A stretch of DNA of 64,000 bases from Utricularia gibba. Lineage: Eukaryota > Plantae > Magnoliophyta. A program made the position numbers and the translations under genes. Numbering within the stretch: the first letter of the stretch is position 1; every line of letters starts with the position of its first letter. Location of the stretch: contig CM007990.1 of NCBI GenBank assembly GCA_002189035.1, forward strand, positions 5,084,001 through 5,148,000, given 5' to 3'. The notes under the pieces are model-generated. The model saw only the letters and a list, made by a program, of their open reading frames with translations. It had not been told where the DNA came from and searched no databases. Of this stretch, positions 40,301-51,557 are shown piece after piece.

Positions 40301-40947
40301 ATTCTATAAGTCAAGATCCCCGGCCCTGACACCAGTGAAGTACCAATATCTCTAGCAATTTTCGAAAACAGAACTGGAAAAATAATAAAAGAGTGCGACA
40401 GCCAACTGAATTGCATAAATTTTGTATAATTCATGAGATACAAACCCGAGCAGTTAGACGGACCATAAGAACAAAAGTTGCGAGACCAGCATGTAAAGAA
40501 GATAATAAACAAGAATTACAGTAAGACCAGCATGACGGGGAAGCAATATCAAACCTTGACTAAGGGGATAAATGAGTCAACTAAATCATTCTCTCTCATC
40601 TGAGACCCAATTCTGCACAACGACTCTACAGCCTTGTCCCTAACACAGGTCTCCTCCACCGTACATAGTGTTTCCAACGGAGGAAGCAAAACGTGAGCAT
40701 GCTCAAGCCCGCCAACATACGGAATAAAAACACCCAACTCTTCAGCCATTGCAAGCAGCACCTCATCATCATCATCATTATTTTCGCTCAAGAATGGGAT
40801 CAACTCCTTCCGCGTTCTTTCCTCACCAAGAGCCCGAGCAATGGTGGATAGTCTACGAATAGAGTTCAACCGCAGTTGGATGTCATCATTCTTCAGCTCA
40901 TCTATTAATACCGCAATCGGGTAGAGTGGCTCATCGATCATCGCCAT
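37326..40947 (-). CDS. PP2AA: Protein phosphatase 2A 65 kDa scaffold subunit A (HEAT repeats), 12 coding exons, intact
   Basis: [33 protein letters not shown]...[20 protein letters not shown]; all traced exons join in frame with GT-AG introns. Confidence 0.98.
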
Positions 40948-41486
40948 TGTGTTGCAAAAGTTAACTCCCTAACAACAGAATTAAAAATCGGATCATCTAT
41001 TCTGAACCCAGCTACAAACAAAAGGGAGAGGGGGGTGGTGCGGAGGATGATCGATCAAAAATCAGACCTCCTAATAAATTTTTTTCCAAAATATACCAAA
41101 GGCACTATTTATCAAGATAACGTTGCCATAACCGAGCAACTCCATACTTTCAAAACCCCAAAACCGCATCATGCGACACGACACAAGAATTTGAGTTTCA
41201 GGTTCCTCGAAACCCAAACCACAAGAAAATGACTAAAACTCTTAGATCTACGACAGAAATACAGGATTCAGCACGCAAATTAAATACATCGAACTGAACC
41301 TACAGGAAGAAAAGCAGGATACCAGATGATCAGCAAGTTATGAGAGGCGACGACCTCCGGCCGCGATTCGAAAGCTTCGCTCGAAGAGAACGAAAAAACG
41401 CCGTTCGTCTATCCTGCCTCTTAAGAAACGACACAAAGTCGGGCTTATCTACAATTAGGCCACAAAATTCGTGCTGCTCTTTCTCA

Positions 41487-41551
41487 AGCCCAATAACAAA
41501 CAACTCCCCTCTTATGGGCTTCATAAATGATTGAAAGGCGGCAATTGGGCC
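41487..41551. promoter_or_regulatory. Site II motif cluster upstream of the PP2AA leader
   Basis: AGCCCA 41487-41492, TGGGCT 41515-41520, TGGGCC 41546-41551. Confidence 0.5.
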
Positions 41552-41757
41552 TCAAGAATCCGTACTGCTCTTTGCTAAAACCCAACAACAAACCTCTTTC
41601 TTCTTCCTACAATTAGTTATTAGTGTTTGCTTAGGGCAACGTTTAACCTAAAACATTATTTAATTACAATTTGGGAAAGAGATTTGACATTGAAAGCTGC
41701 ATTTTTTAACTAGGGAAATTAAATAAAGCCATATATTAACAGGAAAAGGAACGCTTC

Positions 41758-42312
41758 CTATTGGGCCGACAAACTTTCCGGTCTTAAGGGAAAGTCGCCG
41801 GGTCCAAACCCTAGATCCGAATAATCAATCAGCCCATCTAAATCTATTCCCGCAAACTCGCCGTCACCGTTATCCAAAAACCCGAACCCGAAACCGTTGG
41901 CCTCCTCAAACGCAGAGCTCCCGGTTTCGAACAAATCCGGTTCCGACACCGACGGCTCCGCCTCCAAAACTCCTTCCACGGCAGGTAACGACGTCGGAGG
42001 AGCCGGAATTCCGAGATCGTCATCAGACGCCTTCAACAAGTAATCAAGATTCTCCGAAGATTCGGTTAAATCGGAGACACTGACATCTCCAACCGCGGCG
42101 GCGGACGGCGATGCGGTTATCTCGTCCTCGAATTTCTTCATAAACGTGTACAGATCCTCGTTCGACGTCCCGACCTCGTCGTAATAGTCGTCAGTGCTGT
42201 CCAGAAGATCCTCTCGCAGCCTCTTGACGGCAGCCGAATGGATTTCCGGCACCGTTTCACTGCTACTGCCATCACCGCCGTCGTCCCTGAGCCGCTTCCT
42301 AGTAACCTCCAT
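41758..42312 (-). CDS. Plant-specific acidic protein of unknown function (At1g13360-like), 184 aa
   Basis: MEVTRKRLRD..VKRLREDLLD..DLYTFMKKFEDEI..LDYLLKASDDDLGIP..GLIDYSD..RPESLSAQ* fits a recurring plant family; TATA-like element and ACGT boxes upstream. Confidence 0.8.
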   Translation of the reverse strand: MEVTRKRLRDDGGDGSSSETVPEIHSAAVKRLREDLLDSTDDYYDEVGTSNEDLYTFMKKFEDEITASPSAAAVGDVSVSDLTESSENLDYLLKASDDDLGIPAPPTSLPAVEGVLEAEPSVSEPDLFETGSSAFEEANGFGFGFLDNGDGEFAGIDLDGLIDYSDLGFGPGDFPLRPESLSAQ

Positions 42313-43648
42313 TAGAAGACAAAACGAACAGGAGAGAGATTGTAGACGGGAGGCGATGAAGACTGGGGAGGCTTTTATAGTCATGAAAGGGGAATAAAAA
42401 TTAAATAATGGAGGAAACGTGACGTGGAAATAGGCAGGTGTGGGGCCACCCATTGATATCTTTGCTATCGTTGGGAGTGACGTGTCAACATTCTGGTCCG
42501 GGGGAATTTTTGAATTGCGTGATTAACTGGATTTAAATCTGTGTTTGGGGTCCGGATCGTGGGGTCCACTGACATGCCCGTCTCAAAAATCTGCCGCCTT
42601 TTTCCCAAGTGCGTGGTGGTTTTTCGGACAGGGCGTGGATTGGGCCGGGCCCGCGATTAGGATTGGTTTTTGTCTCCACCGCCTAAACAAATCCTCCCAC
42701 CGCCTCTAATTTCCACCGGATATTTTGCAGGATTTTATATGGTTCCAGTTAAGTTCATCAACTCTTCTCTATAGGATAAGAAATTACCCATTGGAGAAGA
42801 AGACGTACTCAATTATTGCCCGAATCCTATGTGACAGTAGGCGGGTACCCAAGAAGAAGCTCCATCACAGAAATGCCTCTGAGTTCGGCGACAGCTGCCG
42901 GGATTTGCCGGCGGTTTTGACTCTTCCCCCACGTGATTGTACTCCCTAGATTGGTGAACGGCGACGGAGTCCCAAACCATTTGCGTGGATCTGACGGTAC
43001 ACAAACCAGCCGAGGCAGTAGGAGTCATCATTAATAAGAGCAACCAACCGCTTTCAACCACCGACGATGCCCTTGATGTGTGCACTAACTCACTCGATGC
43101 CGTGCCGAACCTACTAAAAATGCAAGCTCATGAAGTGTCAATGAGTGCCGGCGGTCTAATTGCTTTTTTTTTCTTTTTTTTGAACAAGAATCGGAGGGCT
43201 TCCCCTCTCGCGCATGAGCGCCGCGCAGTGTCCTAGAGTAAGATCACTGCTTTTGTTCCCGTACAAGATAATCTTGTACGGGGGACCAGAGGAACGAAGT
43301 GGTGGACTGGGAACATTTGAAAGTATTATCTTGATGATATCCAAGATTCCACAAAAGCAAGGATTTTATGTCCATTTGTGCATCAACTCCACGACAATGC
43401 TTTTTTACTATAGTTCCATATGGGAGTCTGATTCTCGGATTCTACATTCCCAATTACAAGATCAGGGTTTCCTTATCATCCAACTCAAGGAGGCTGGCTT
43501 CTCCATGCATTAACTGAGAATCAAATCCAGCAGCAATATGTAGCATTGATGATTTGACAAAAACCCTCTTCTTTAAAACGCTCGAGACTAGGTGTTCTTC
43601 CCTCCCTGCACAACAGTCCCTATTTCCTCCTAGTAGATAGACAAAAGG

Positions 43649-44035
43649 ATGGGCCGTGTCACCGCTCACACGACCATCATCATCATCATCGTGGTGTCCA
43701 TTCTAACGACACGGAACAGTGGACAGATCGAACAATGTCGGGAGACGGCGGAGGTTCAAGTGAGCCAGGGAGAAGAATGGTCGGCCGGAGAGCCCCGGTT
43801 CACTGTAATGATATCCAACGTCTGCACCAGCTGCTGGGTGGCCGAGCTTCACATTCGATGCGGATGGTTCCAGTCGGCGACTACGGTGGATCCGTCCACG
43901 TTCAAGCGTCTGGGGTACGATGATTGTCTTGTCAACAACGGGGATCCCATCCCCGGCGGCCATGTCATCGAGTTCGTCTACTCGAGCACGCAGGAGTACC
44001 AGTTAACGGTTTCCTCCTACACGTGCCGCTCCTAG
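43649..44035 (+). CDS. TAPETUM DETERMINANT 1-like secreted Cys-rich protein (128 aa, intronless)
   Basis: Hydrophobic signal, then C..VQVSQG..FTVMISNVC..C.VAELHIRCGWFQSATTVDPSTFKRLGYDDCLVNNGDPI..VIEFVYS..Y.L.VSS.TC, the TPD1 domain pattern. Confidence 0.87.
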   Translation: MGRVTAHTTIIIIIVVSILTTRNSGQIEQCRETAEVQVSQGEEWSAGEPRFTVMISNVCTSCWVAELHIRCGWFQSATTVDPSTFKRLGYDDCLVNNGDPIPGGHVIEFVYSSTQEYQLTVSSYTCRS

Positions 44036-44841
44036 TTCATTGCCTGCGTTTTCTACGGCATTGTTACCATTCTGAAAGCCGGCCCAAAGGGGATGCTTGC
44101 TTCCTACCTTTACTTCATCCGGATCCAGCCCACGACACAGTTCAGCCCCTTGGACACCTGCCGCGTCGGACACCTTGGTGTTACAATAAGTCACATGCTA
44201 CAATTTGCCACCACCCCTTCTCTCACCTTTGTCTGAAAAACTTTCGATTGCGTGTTAAATCGAAAGTCAACATTTATGCGCAGAGCGGCCTCCTTTGTCC
44301 TAAAAAGTCCAACCCCAATCACGGAGGATCCGTAGCTTCTGCTTAGACAAAAACATCTAAAATTCTACAGTCAATGTGATTTTGTTCCTATCCTCGCCCC
44401 CTTTTCGTTTGCAGTAGGAAAAGATGAGAACATGTTGGCGTTCAGATTCGGGTGTCAGCGAGAAAAGGGGCCGCGGCTGCAGTCGATGAGAACGAATCAG
44501 GAAAAGACGCCGGTGATAGAAACGTGAGGCCCCGGAATCTGCCGGAAAGCTACACCACCGACGGCGACGGCTCACCTCGCTCTGAACCGGGACCCGGTCA
44601 TTGGCTCCAAACCCTGACACAATCGTTCCTTCCAGACCGTTCATTAGTCCCAAAATGTATCCATAAAATAAATATATATACGAAAAATAATATTTTCTCA
44701 ATTTTTTTCATAAACTCTCTACCCTTCGGTATTCCGTAATCCGTACAAGCAAAATAAATATTAATATCTGAAATTATTTATTCGTCTAATAATTTATTAT
44801 CAAAAAAAGGGGAGGGTAATGAATGCGGTGGCAGCCCCCAT

Positions 44842-45234
44842 CACGTGCCACTCTGCGATGCGTGTATTCCAGAACAGAATTTCCTGTCGTCGGGTACGTG
44901 ACATGCCCTACGTGGCGAGCTGTGGAGCGTAGGATGCATCCTAGCTTGATAATTTAATTCCCTTTTTGCCACAAACCCGAACCCGTCACGTGACCCGTCG
45001 GTGCTGCCCATCCCATGGTCATGGCTCCACGCTTTATTTCGATCGCCGGGGCATTTATGCGCCCACGACCAACATTTCCTAAATTCCCAAACTAATAAAA
45101 AATATTCGGATCATATTTAATTTATTATATTTAAAAATATTTAAATTTAATAAAAAGAAGTATCATCTAAATTATTTGAATCTTGATTTTTTAAATATTG
45201 GAGTATGATAGGCTCGGGGCGATTATGACACGTG
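44842..45234. promoter_or_regulatory. Cluster of G-box/ABRE (ACGT-core) motifs between TPD1-like and CRF genes
   Basis: CACGTG 44842, TACGTG 44895, TACGTGGC 44909, palindrome GTCACGTGAC 44985-44994, CACGTG 45229. Confidence 0.5.
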
Positions 45235-46095
45235 GATCGAGAAATATGTGGATTTAATTAATGGTAAGAAAATATGAAAATGCGGGAAACGTGTGTAATT
45301 ACTTTAAACATATTTGTGATTGGAAGGTTTCCAAAATCCGATTTTCGATATAACGAGGATTAGGCGTATGGTAATCCCACGCGCGCGTGGGGTAACCGAA
45401 AAAGGAGGGATTTTTATTTCCTTCCCCATATCCAAAATAATGATATTATCTTATATATTATATATCCAGCCCGGATGCGGTCAAGTGCAGGGGAGCTTGT
45501 TATGGAACTTTCCGAAATACACGATGCACGGTATTTATAGACGATTCTGGAGGAGAGGAGGTTGAAGAACGCGGGAAGAAGGTAGATCGAAGGTACCTCC
45601 TTTGCAATGTGGATTTATCTGGGTGTTTGGGTAATGGGTGGGATTTTTGGTTCGCTTTATTTCTTGAGATTTGCGTTCTGGTTGTGTTTTCGGTCAATGG
45701 AGACCAGATGTCCCACTTTCTGCCTCTGTCACTTTATATCTTGAGGGGAAGCAAGAAGGATTTTTGAGAGTTTAGTGGAAGCCTGAAGAGGTCCACATAG
45801 GATGTCCTTGTTGAACTAGTGTTTGTCGATGCATTAATCTTTCTGTGTCATATGTTGGGAATTCGCAACCATTGATTTCCAATCCTTCACTGGTTTTGTT
45901 TCTGATGGATGGATGATCCTGCTCTGTTTCTGTCTCTGTTTTCTTTCTCTGTATAATATAAACGCCCCGAATCTTATTCTAGTTTTGTCCCCGCTACTGG
46001 GGTTTTGTTTGTTCAAGGGAGGGGAGGAGATACTGCACTCGGAGTTCTGTTTCTAGTTCCTTTTTCTGCGTTTCAGCAGAGGCGCATCTCTTTCG

Positions 46096-46288
46096 ATGCG
46101 TTTGAGGCCCACAAGGTAATATATCTCAAATACTCAGTGACTCTTGGTCTTCTTGTTCTGATGATTTTGCTACGTGTTGTTGTTGCAGGACTTGTTCAGG
46201 GGTAGTTTGCTTTGGGTGCTATCGGATAACCCGGTGTACAGTTCCTCTTGCCTTTCATAAACATCTTGGGCAAAAATGCCGGCCTTGA
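46096..46288 (+). CDS. Conserved-peptide uORF of CRF10/11/12-type genes (exons 46096..46115 and 46189..46288)
   Basis: Spliced peptide MRLRPTR|[14 protein letters not shown]... matches the MRLRPxRTCSxVxxFG uORF I recall for Arabidopsis At1g68550/At1g25470; GT-AG intron 46116..46188. Confidence 0.8.
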
Positions 46289-47424
46289 GCAATGAAACCA
46301 GCCAGAGAACGCGATCGGAGTCTTCAGGGTATTCCATGAAGAGAGTGAGGGTCATATGTTCTGATCCGTATGCAACGGACTCTTCAGATGATGAAGAACC
46401 AGACAGGAGGAGAAAGAAAAAGTTCGCTGTAGTTTATGAAGCTTCATTGGCTCCTTCTCCTTCTCCACCTCTTCGTTTGGATTGTGATACTTCAGTTCAG
46501 GACAGCAACTGCGGGGAGAACAGCAACAAGGGAGGTGTCTTAAAGAAGAAATCATTAGAACCCAACGGAGACCATGGTTTTGTTTCAGGGAAATACAGAG
46601 GTGTTCGCCACCGGAAATCGGGGAAATGGGCGGCCGAAATTCGGGACCCGATTGGTCGGAAGCGGGTCTGGTTAGGCACCTATTCTACTCCAGAAGGAGC
46701 ATCAAGAGCTTACGAAGCGAAGCGTCTGGAGTTCGAAAGGCTGCTTTTTAGTAAACAAGCTGCTTCACATTCAAGTCCCGAAAAGAACCCAAAGAAGATG
46801 AAGCATCGCACCTATGATGAAACTGCTGCCACTTCTGATGCTTCTAATCATTCTGTGGAAACCCAGGTCTCCCGCACCACTTGTCCATCCACAGTAGTCG
46901 AACTCGAATCCCCGATCTCCGGTTCAAAACGAACCGCGGCGATTCGTGTTGAGAAGGAAGCTGCTTATCCGGCTGGTTTCTCTCTGATCCGGGAAGGCAC
47001 TGATCTGGGCACGGAGCTCCATTGTTCATCAGACATGTGTTCAAGGTTCTCCCTTGGCAACATCTTCGATGACGTACCGTGTGATCTAGAAGAGGGGGCG
47101 CCTCCATTGCCGGATTCCAGAGCCCCAGACTGCATCCCCATGGTTGACGATCATCATCTTCCTCCAGCAGACTGGGAGGACATCCTCACTATCGAATCCG
47201 ATCTGCCCAGTCATCCACTGGTTGATCCTGCAACCTCTGACTACAACTACGTGGATGATTCGAATCTCCCCAATGCGTTTCCGGGCTTGGATGACATAAT
47301 CCGAGACTACGAGTTAGGCTACTTCAACCTTGCAGACGACGACTGGAACCCGAACGCATTGCCGGATTTCGACAACTTGGACCTCGGCGGCGACGAATGG
47401 ATGAACAACATGGTGCCTGCATGA
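46276..47424 (+). CDS. CRF: Cytokinin Response Factor (CRF10/11/12-like AP2/ERF), 382 aa, intronless
   Basis: CRF domain [19 protein letters not shown] and AP2 domain [32 protein letters not shown]; acidic C-terminus. Confidence 0.92.
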   Translation: MPALSNETSQRTRSESSGYSMKRVRVICSDPYATDSSDDEEPDRRRKKKFAVVYEASLAPSPSPPLRLDCDTSVQDSNCGENSNKGGVLKKKSLEPNGDHGFVSGKYRGVRHRKSGKWAAEIRDPIGRKRVWLGTYSTPEGASRAYEAKRLEFERLLFSKQAASHSSPEKNPKKMKHRTYDETAATSDASNHSVETQVSRTTCPSTVVELESPISGSKRTAAIRVEKEAAYPAGFSLIREGTDLGTELHCSSDMCSRFSLGNIFDDVPCDLEEGAPPLPDSRAPDCIPMVDDHHLPPADWEDILTIESDLPSHPLVDPATSDYNYVDDSNLPNAFPGLDDIIRDYELGYFNLADDDWNPNALPDFDNLDLGGDEWMNNMVPA

Positions 47425-47935
47425 GTTAGGATTTGATTCAAGAGTCTATTCTTTGTTAGTGACTGTAATTCCGGTGATCTCTCGTGCCATGAATAGGTCT
47501 GGTTACTGGGTTTTCTTTGGCTGCTCGAGCCGTCCCAGGACAGAGAGAGATTTTAGCTGATTTTGTTTATTAAATTCCCAAATATTTTGCTTTATTTTCT
47601 TATTTTATATAAATAAAAAGAAAACCCGGTCAAGGTTGTATTAATGTTTGAATTTCCGAAAAATTTTAAATTACAATATCAAAATTTACTTTGAATATAA
47701 AAAAACATAGGATTAATCGGGCAGCACCCGAACCGTTCGAGGATCCGAGGCACCTGCGTCAGGGCTGGTCTGGGGTTAAAAGAGGCGGCGACATCGGAGA
47801 ATTACAGAGAGGGTGATGTCCGGTGTCCCCTTATCTTCGTGCCTACTACTCACAATTTACATCTTGAAGAACACGAACGAAACAAACCACCAAAATCTGT
47901 TGTTTTTGTTGTTGGAGATGTGTATGTTACAGGGC

Positions 47936-48515
47936 TCAAGCGGCGGTCGGGACTGTGTCGAGGCACTCGAAGCCTTCGATTCTGACGGCTGGTTTGCTAC
48001 CGAAACTTCCCCGGACTTTGATCGGGAAGCCTATCGGAGAAACGGGGCGGAATTTCGGAGACCCAAATTGGGAATCTTGTGTTAATGGGTTGGAAACTCT
48101 ACTCGGTGGTGACCCAGAAAAGAACGGCGGTGACGCTGCGATCTCTCGAAAAAGGTTGTCTTTCTCGACGCTACTGTCATTCTGTAATTCCCAATCAACG
48201 GTTTCCTTGAGAAAAAAAAAATGATCTTTTTTTTGGGTTGTTGCAGAGGAAATGAACATAAAGCAAACCTTGGGGAGAAGAATGTCAAGTAATCCGATTC
48301 CGGGTTTGAGGTTGCAACCGTCTAGATGATGGCTAGGATAGAAGAAAACAGAGGTTTTAATTTAGGCAACAAGAAATTGATAAGGATAGAGACGGTTACC
48401 TAAAGCACCATCGGAATGGCCCAGCGGCGGAGACGGTAAACCGGCGTGGCTCTGGGCATACGACCTCCACAGATCCAGCGGCGACGGCGACTGACTCAAC
48501 TGTGCACGGACTCAT
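47936..48515 (-). CDS. Plant-specific unknown protein (At1g68490/At1g13390-like; exons 48515..48400, 48332..48269, 48181..47936; 141 aa)
   Basis: Spliced: VVCPEPRR..GLLDILLPK|..SPPFFSGSPPSRVSNPLTQDSQF..KPAVRIEGFECLD; all family motifs appear in order with in-frame GT-AG junctions. Confidence 0.82.
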
Positions 48516-50507
48516 TTTGGCAAGAAATGGATACGAACAAGAGGATCTGCAATTACAAAGAAAAGGAGTGGATCTGATGAGAAAAGTGTCTGATGGTCCA
48601 TGGCAACGCGACGCGAAATTTCAGGACGGAAAAGCTAATCTTGTCTGAAGTTTTAAAGATTCAGGGAAACCCGATTCATCTCCCCTACAGATCCAGTTTG
48701 TGAACATAAACTTGCAAGGCGTTCAATAAAAAAAATGCAAAAAGCTCACGCAGTACGCAGACAACGATTGGATGTTTGTCAACGAAAATCAGCAGAGCAC
48801 ATCCGGGAGCCAACCAGGATACAAAAAAGCAACAAAAAAAAGGCTACATAGATATCAATGAATCGGTGCCCAATACAAAATCCAACAATAGACAAAAAGC
48901 TAATCTGGCCACCCACGAAATTTTCAAGAAACCAGCGAAGCATGAAGATGCAGGAACTACCTCTATACAAACTGAGAGAAACTTCAGCAAAAAGGGGAAA
49001 AAATGCGAAAACGAGGGATGCAGGTGTAAGGTAATGCTGGCCCAAAGCGGAAGGGAAATGAAGGTCAACCCAGTGAGAAAGCCTTAAAACATTTATAACC
49101 CAAAAACAAGACGACCGGAGTAAGCCGTCATTTTCCCGTTAATTAACTTAACTACTGCTCACCACCACTCGCCGCGAAGGTCAGTGGCCGTTGGGCAGCT
49201 TCAAAAGCCACTGGATCTTCGAGTCATCATCGCAATTACTTCTGTATTTATGCATTTCTTTATGGGCTTCTTTATGTCAACCTTCTTCATCCTCCCTGCA
49301 CTTTTCTGCTAGAACAGAAAACTGCTGCTATCCCAAAACCTAGAACGTAACGAACATTAATGCAATTCAAGGATATGCATCGCCTTTGCAGGTACCGCAA
49401 ACCCTACTCGTAGGCGCGGCGGCGGCCAACCACCGCACGATGACGGCGTAACGGCCCTTTTCAACTGGAGTGGCGGGGAATGCCGCATTTTGTTGTGGAA
49501 TGCCTCTTCTATTCCAAATATTTGTTATTTTTTAAAATTTTTTGCGATTTTTATTTATGTAAAAGTAAAAATAAAAATGGAAATTTTTTATGACATTCGA
49601 AATAGAATTATGGTTGTTCTTTAAAATATAAAATTATTTGATTTTTTTTTATTAAGGATTGTTAATGGATTACAAATTAAAAATTAGAATTAAAATAAAT
49701 TATTTCTCAAAAAACAACCACCTCGGGCTGTGATTCAGTGATGTGCTTGTACCGGGCTGGGCATCCGCAGAAGCCCAAGCCCAATCTGGGTCATTCACAC
49801 AGTCCACAAACAAACACTATAAAAATTCGCTACTGCGTATTTTGTGGATAAAAAAAATGCATATCTTACAAATAAATAAGAAATCGATTTAATTATTGTG
49901 AAATTATTTTGTAGTATGATATAAAATTTTATTCTTATGTTTAGTAAAATAAATGATACAACATAAATATATTTTAAAAAATAAATAATTTAATTTACTA
50001 ATTAATCTTCTATTTAATTATTAAAACATATGTTCAAAAAATTCAAAAATTTATAAAGTTAATTATAGAATTTGAATTTATAATTTTAGTAAAAAAACGG
50101 CTAAATATTTGACTTTTAAAAATTAAATAGAATGAAGTTAAAAAATCATGTAAACATAACAGTCCTATAATGTTCATCTATTGGATTATTTTATCTTAGT
50201 AAATTGTTTATATTTGTGTTTAACCATAATTATGTTGTTTCTGATCAACTATATCAGTGTGATCCATTGTATTCGTTGATTTAATTACAGTAAAATTTAT
50301 TGATTAACATGATAAAATATATCTTTTTTTTATCTTTTTTCGGATCAAGAATAATACTTAATCCTTGATTTAGCTCACATTCCAAATAGAGTAGTCATTC
50401 ATTGTTTTTGAGGTGAAAATGGAGTTCTTGTGATTTGTTGTAGTTAGATATCGGTATTGAGAAGTGAATCGATTTCGAATTATAAGTGTGGGTTTAGTTC
50501 CGGTTTG

Positions 50508-50830
50508 TGTTGATTGAGAGATGACAGATTTATGCAAAATATGGAAAAAAATACAAATATTTTTACGTGAAAACCATCAATGAATGTAAAAATCATGAAA
50601 TTGATGAAACTCAGTTGAAACATGATTTTAGGAAGAAGGTTCACAAAAAGTCATGTTGAGAGTACAATCATTTTTATTTCAATTGTTTCCATATTTATAG
50701 GAGAAATCAATCCGATCGAATACTGTTAATATCAACTGATTTCTACGTTTGGTAGACTTACGTGCTGAAATATAATTACCAACTGTTTATGTAATTCGCC
50801 TACTTCTATAATTATGTTGACCTGTTACAA
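50508..50830. mobile_element. Possible degenerate solo LTR (Ty1/copia-like)
   Basis: Starts TGTTGA; contains TTTTACGTGAAAACC..AAAAATCATG resembling a copia LTR motif I recall, and TATTTATAG (about 50692). No target-site duplication or coding remnant found; boundaries are guessed. Confidence 0.25.
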
Positions 50831-51557
50831 AATGTCATAACCCGTCCTATACATTTTTAAAGCAGATTTAGTCACATATAATGATTTAGTGCACCATCAT
50901 GATTATTTTTCAATCAAAAACGTTGATCACATCATCGTGAAAAGGGCTACCAAGATTCATGTCACGATTACCGAGAAACATGCATGTAAAGGTGAAAGAG
51001 AAAACTGGACTTGAGGAGAAGGTGGAGGGAGGGGAAATGGGGAAGCATGCATAGCAGACTCAGAGAGACCGGACCCTGAGCCCAGGATGAGCTCGCGCTA
51101 ATTCCAAGGGGAAAAAGGAAGGCAATGTTCCTGGAGCGTGTAAATTCCTACATGCAGGTGGAGGTTGTAGGCATGTAGGGCTATGGAGGTAGCTAGGGAG
51201 GGTAAAGAGAAATATAAAGAACAAGGCAATGTCCCTCTCAGAAACCAGCCAGCCAGCCACCCATCTCTCCCAACTCAACCTCCCCTCCTCCATCTTTCTA
51301 TCATCAGTTTTGTTTTTTCGAAGTCCAAGGGAGGGAGAGCTCCTCGTCCATATGCTTTCCTGTCTTCTCTCCCAATTCGAATTCCACGCACTGAGTGTGA
51401 GAGAAGAGATGACTGATATTAACTGGTAGATGTGTACATGGAGATCTAATCTAGCCTTGCTTTCTCCCTCGATTTCAGCCCCCATCTTAGACTCCAATCT
51501 GTTTCTGGGTCTCCTTCCCCTTCAACCTAGCCGAAAGCTTTTTCTTGCTCTGCTCAA

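Noticed and set aside
43214-43560. Possible F-box/DUF295 remnant (HPTQGGWLL)
   Set aside because: A single short motif amid stops; not enough to support a pseudogene call.
44050-44700. Possible minus-strand transcript convergent with TPD1-like
   Set aside because: Leader-like composition, but no coherent ORF or known homology in any frame.
51147-51179. Inverted repeat CCTACATGC..GCATGTAGG upstream of JAG
   Set aside because: Only a 9-bp stem; too short for a miRNA precursor and plausible by chance.
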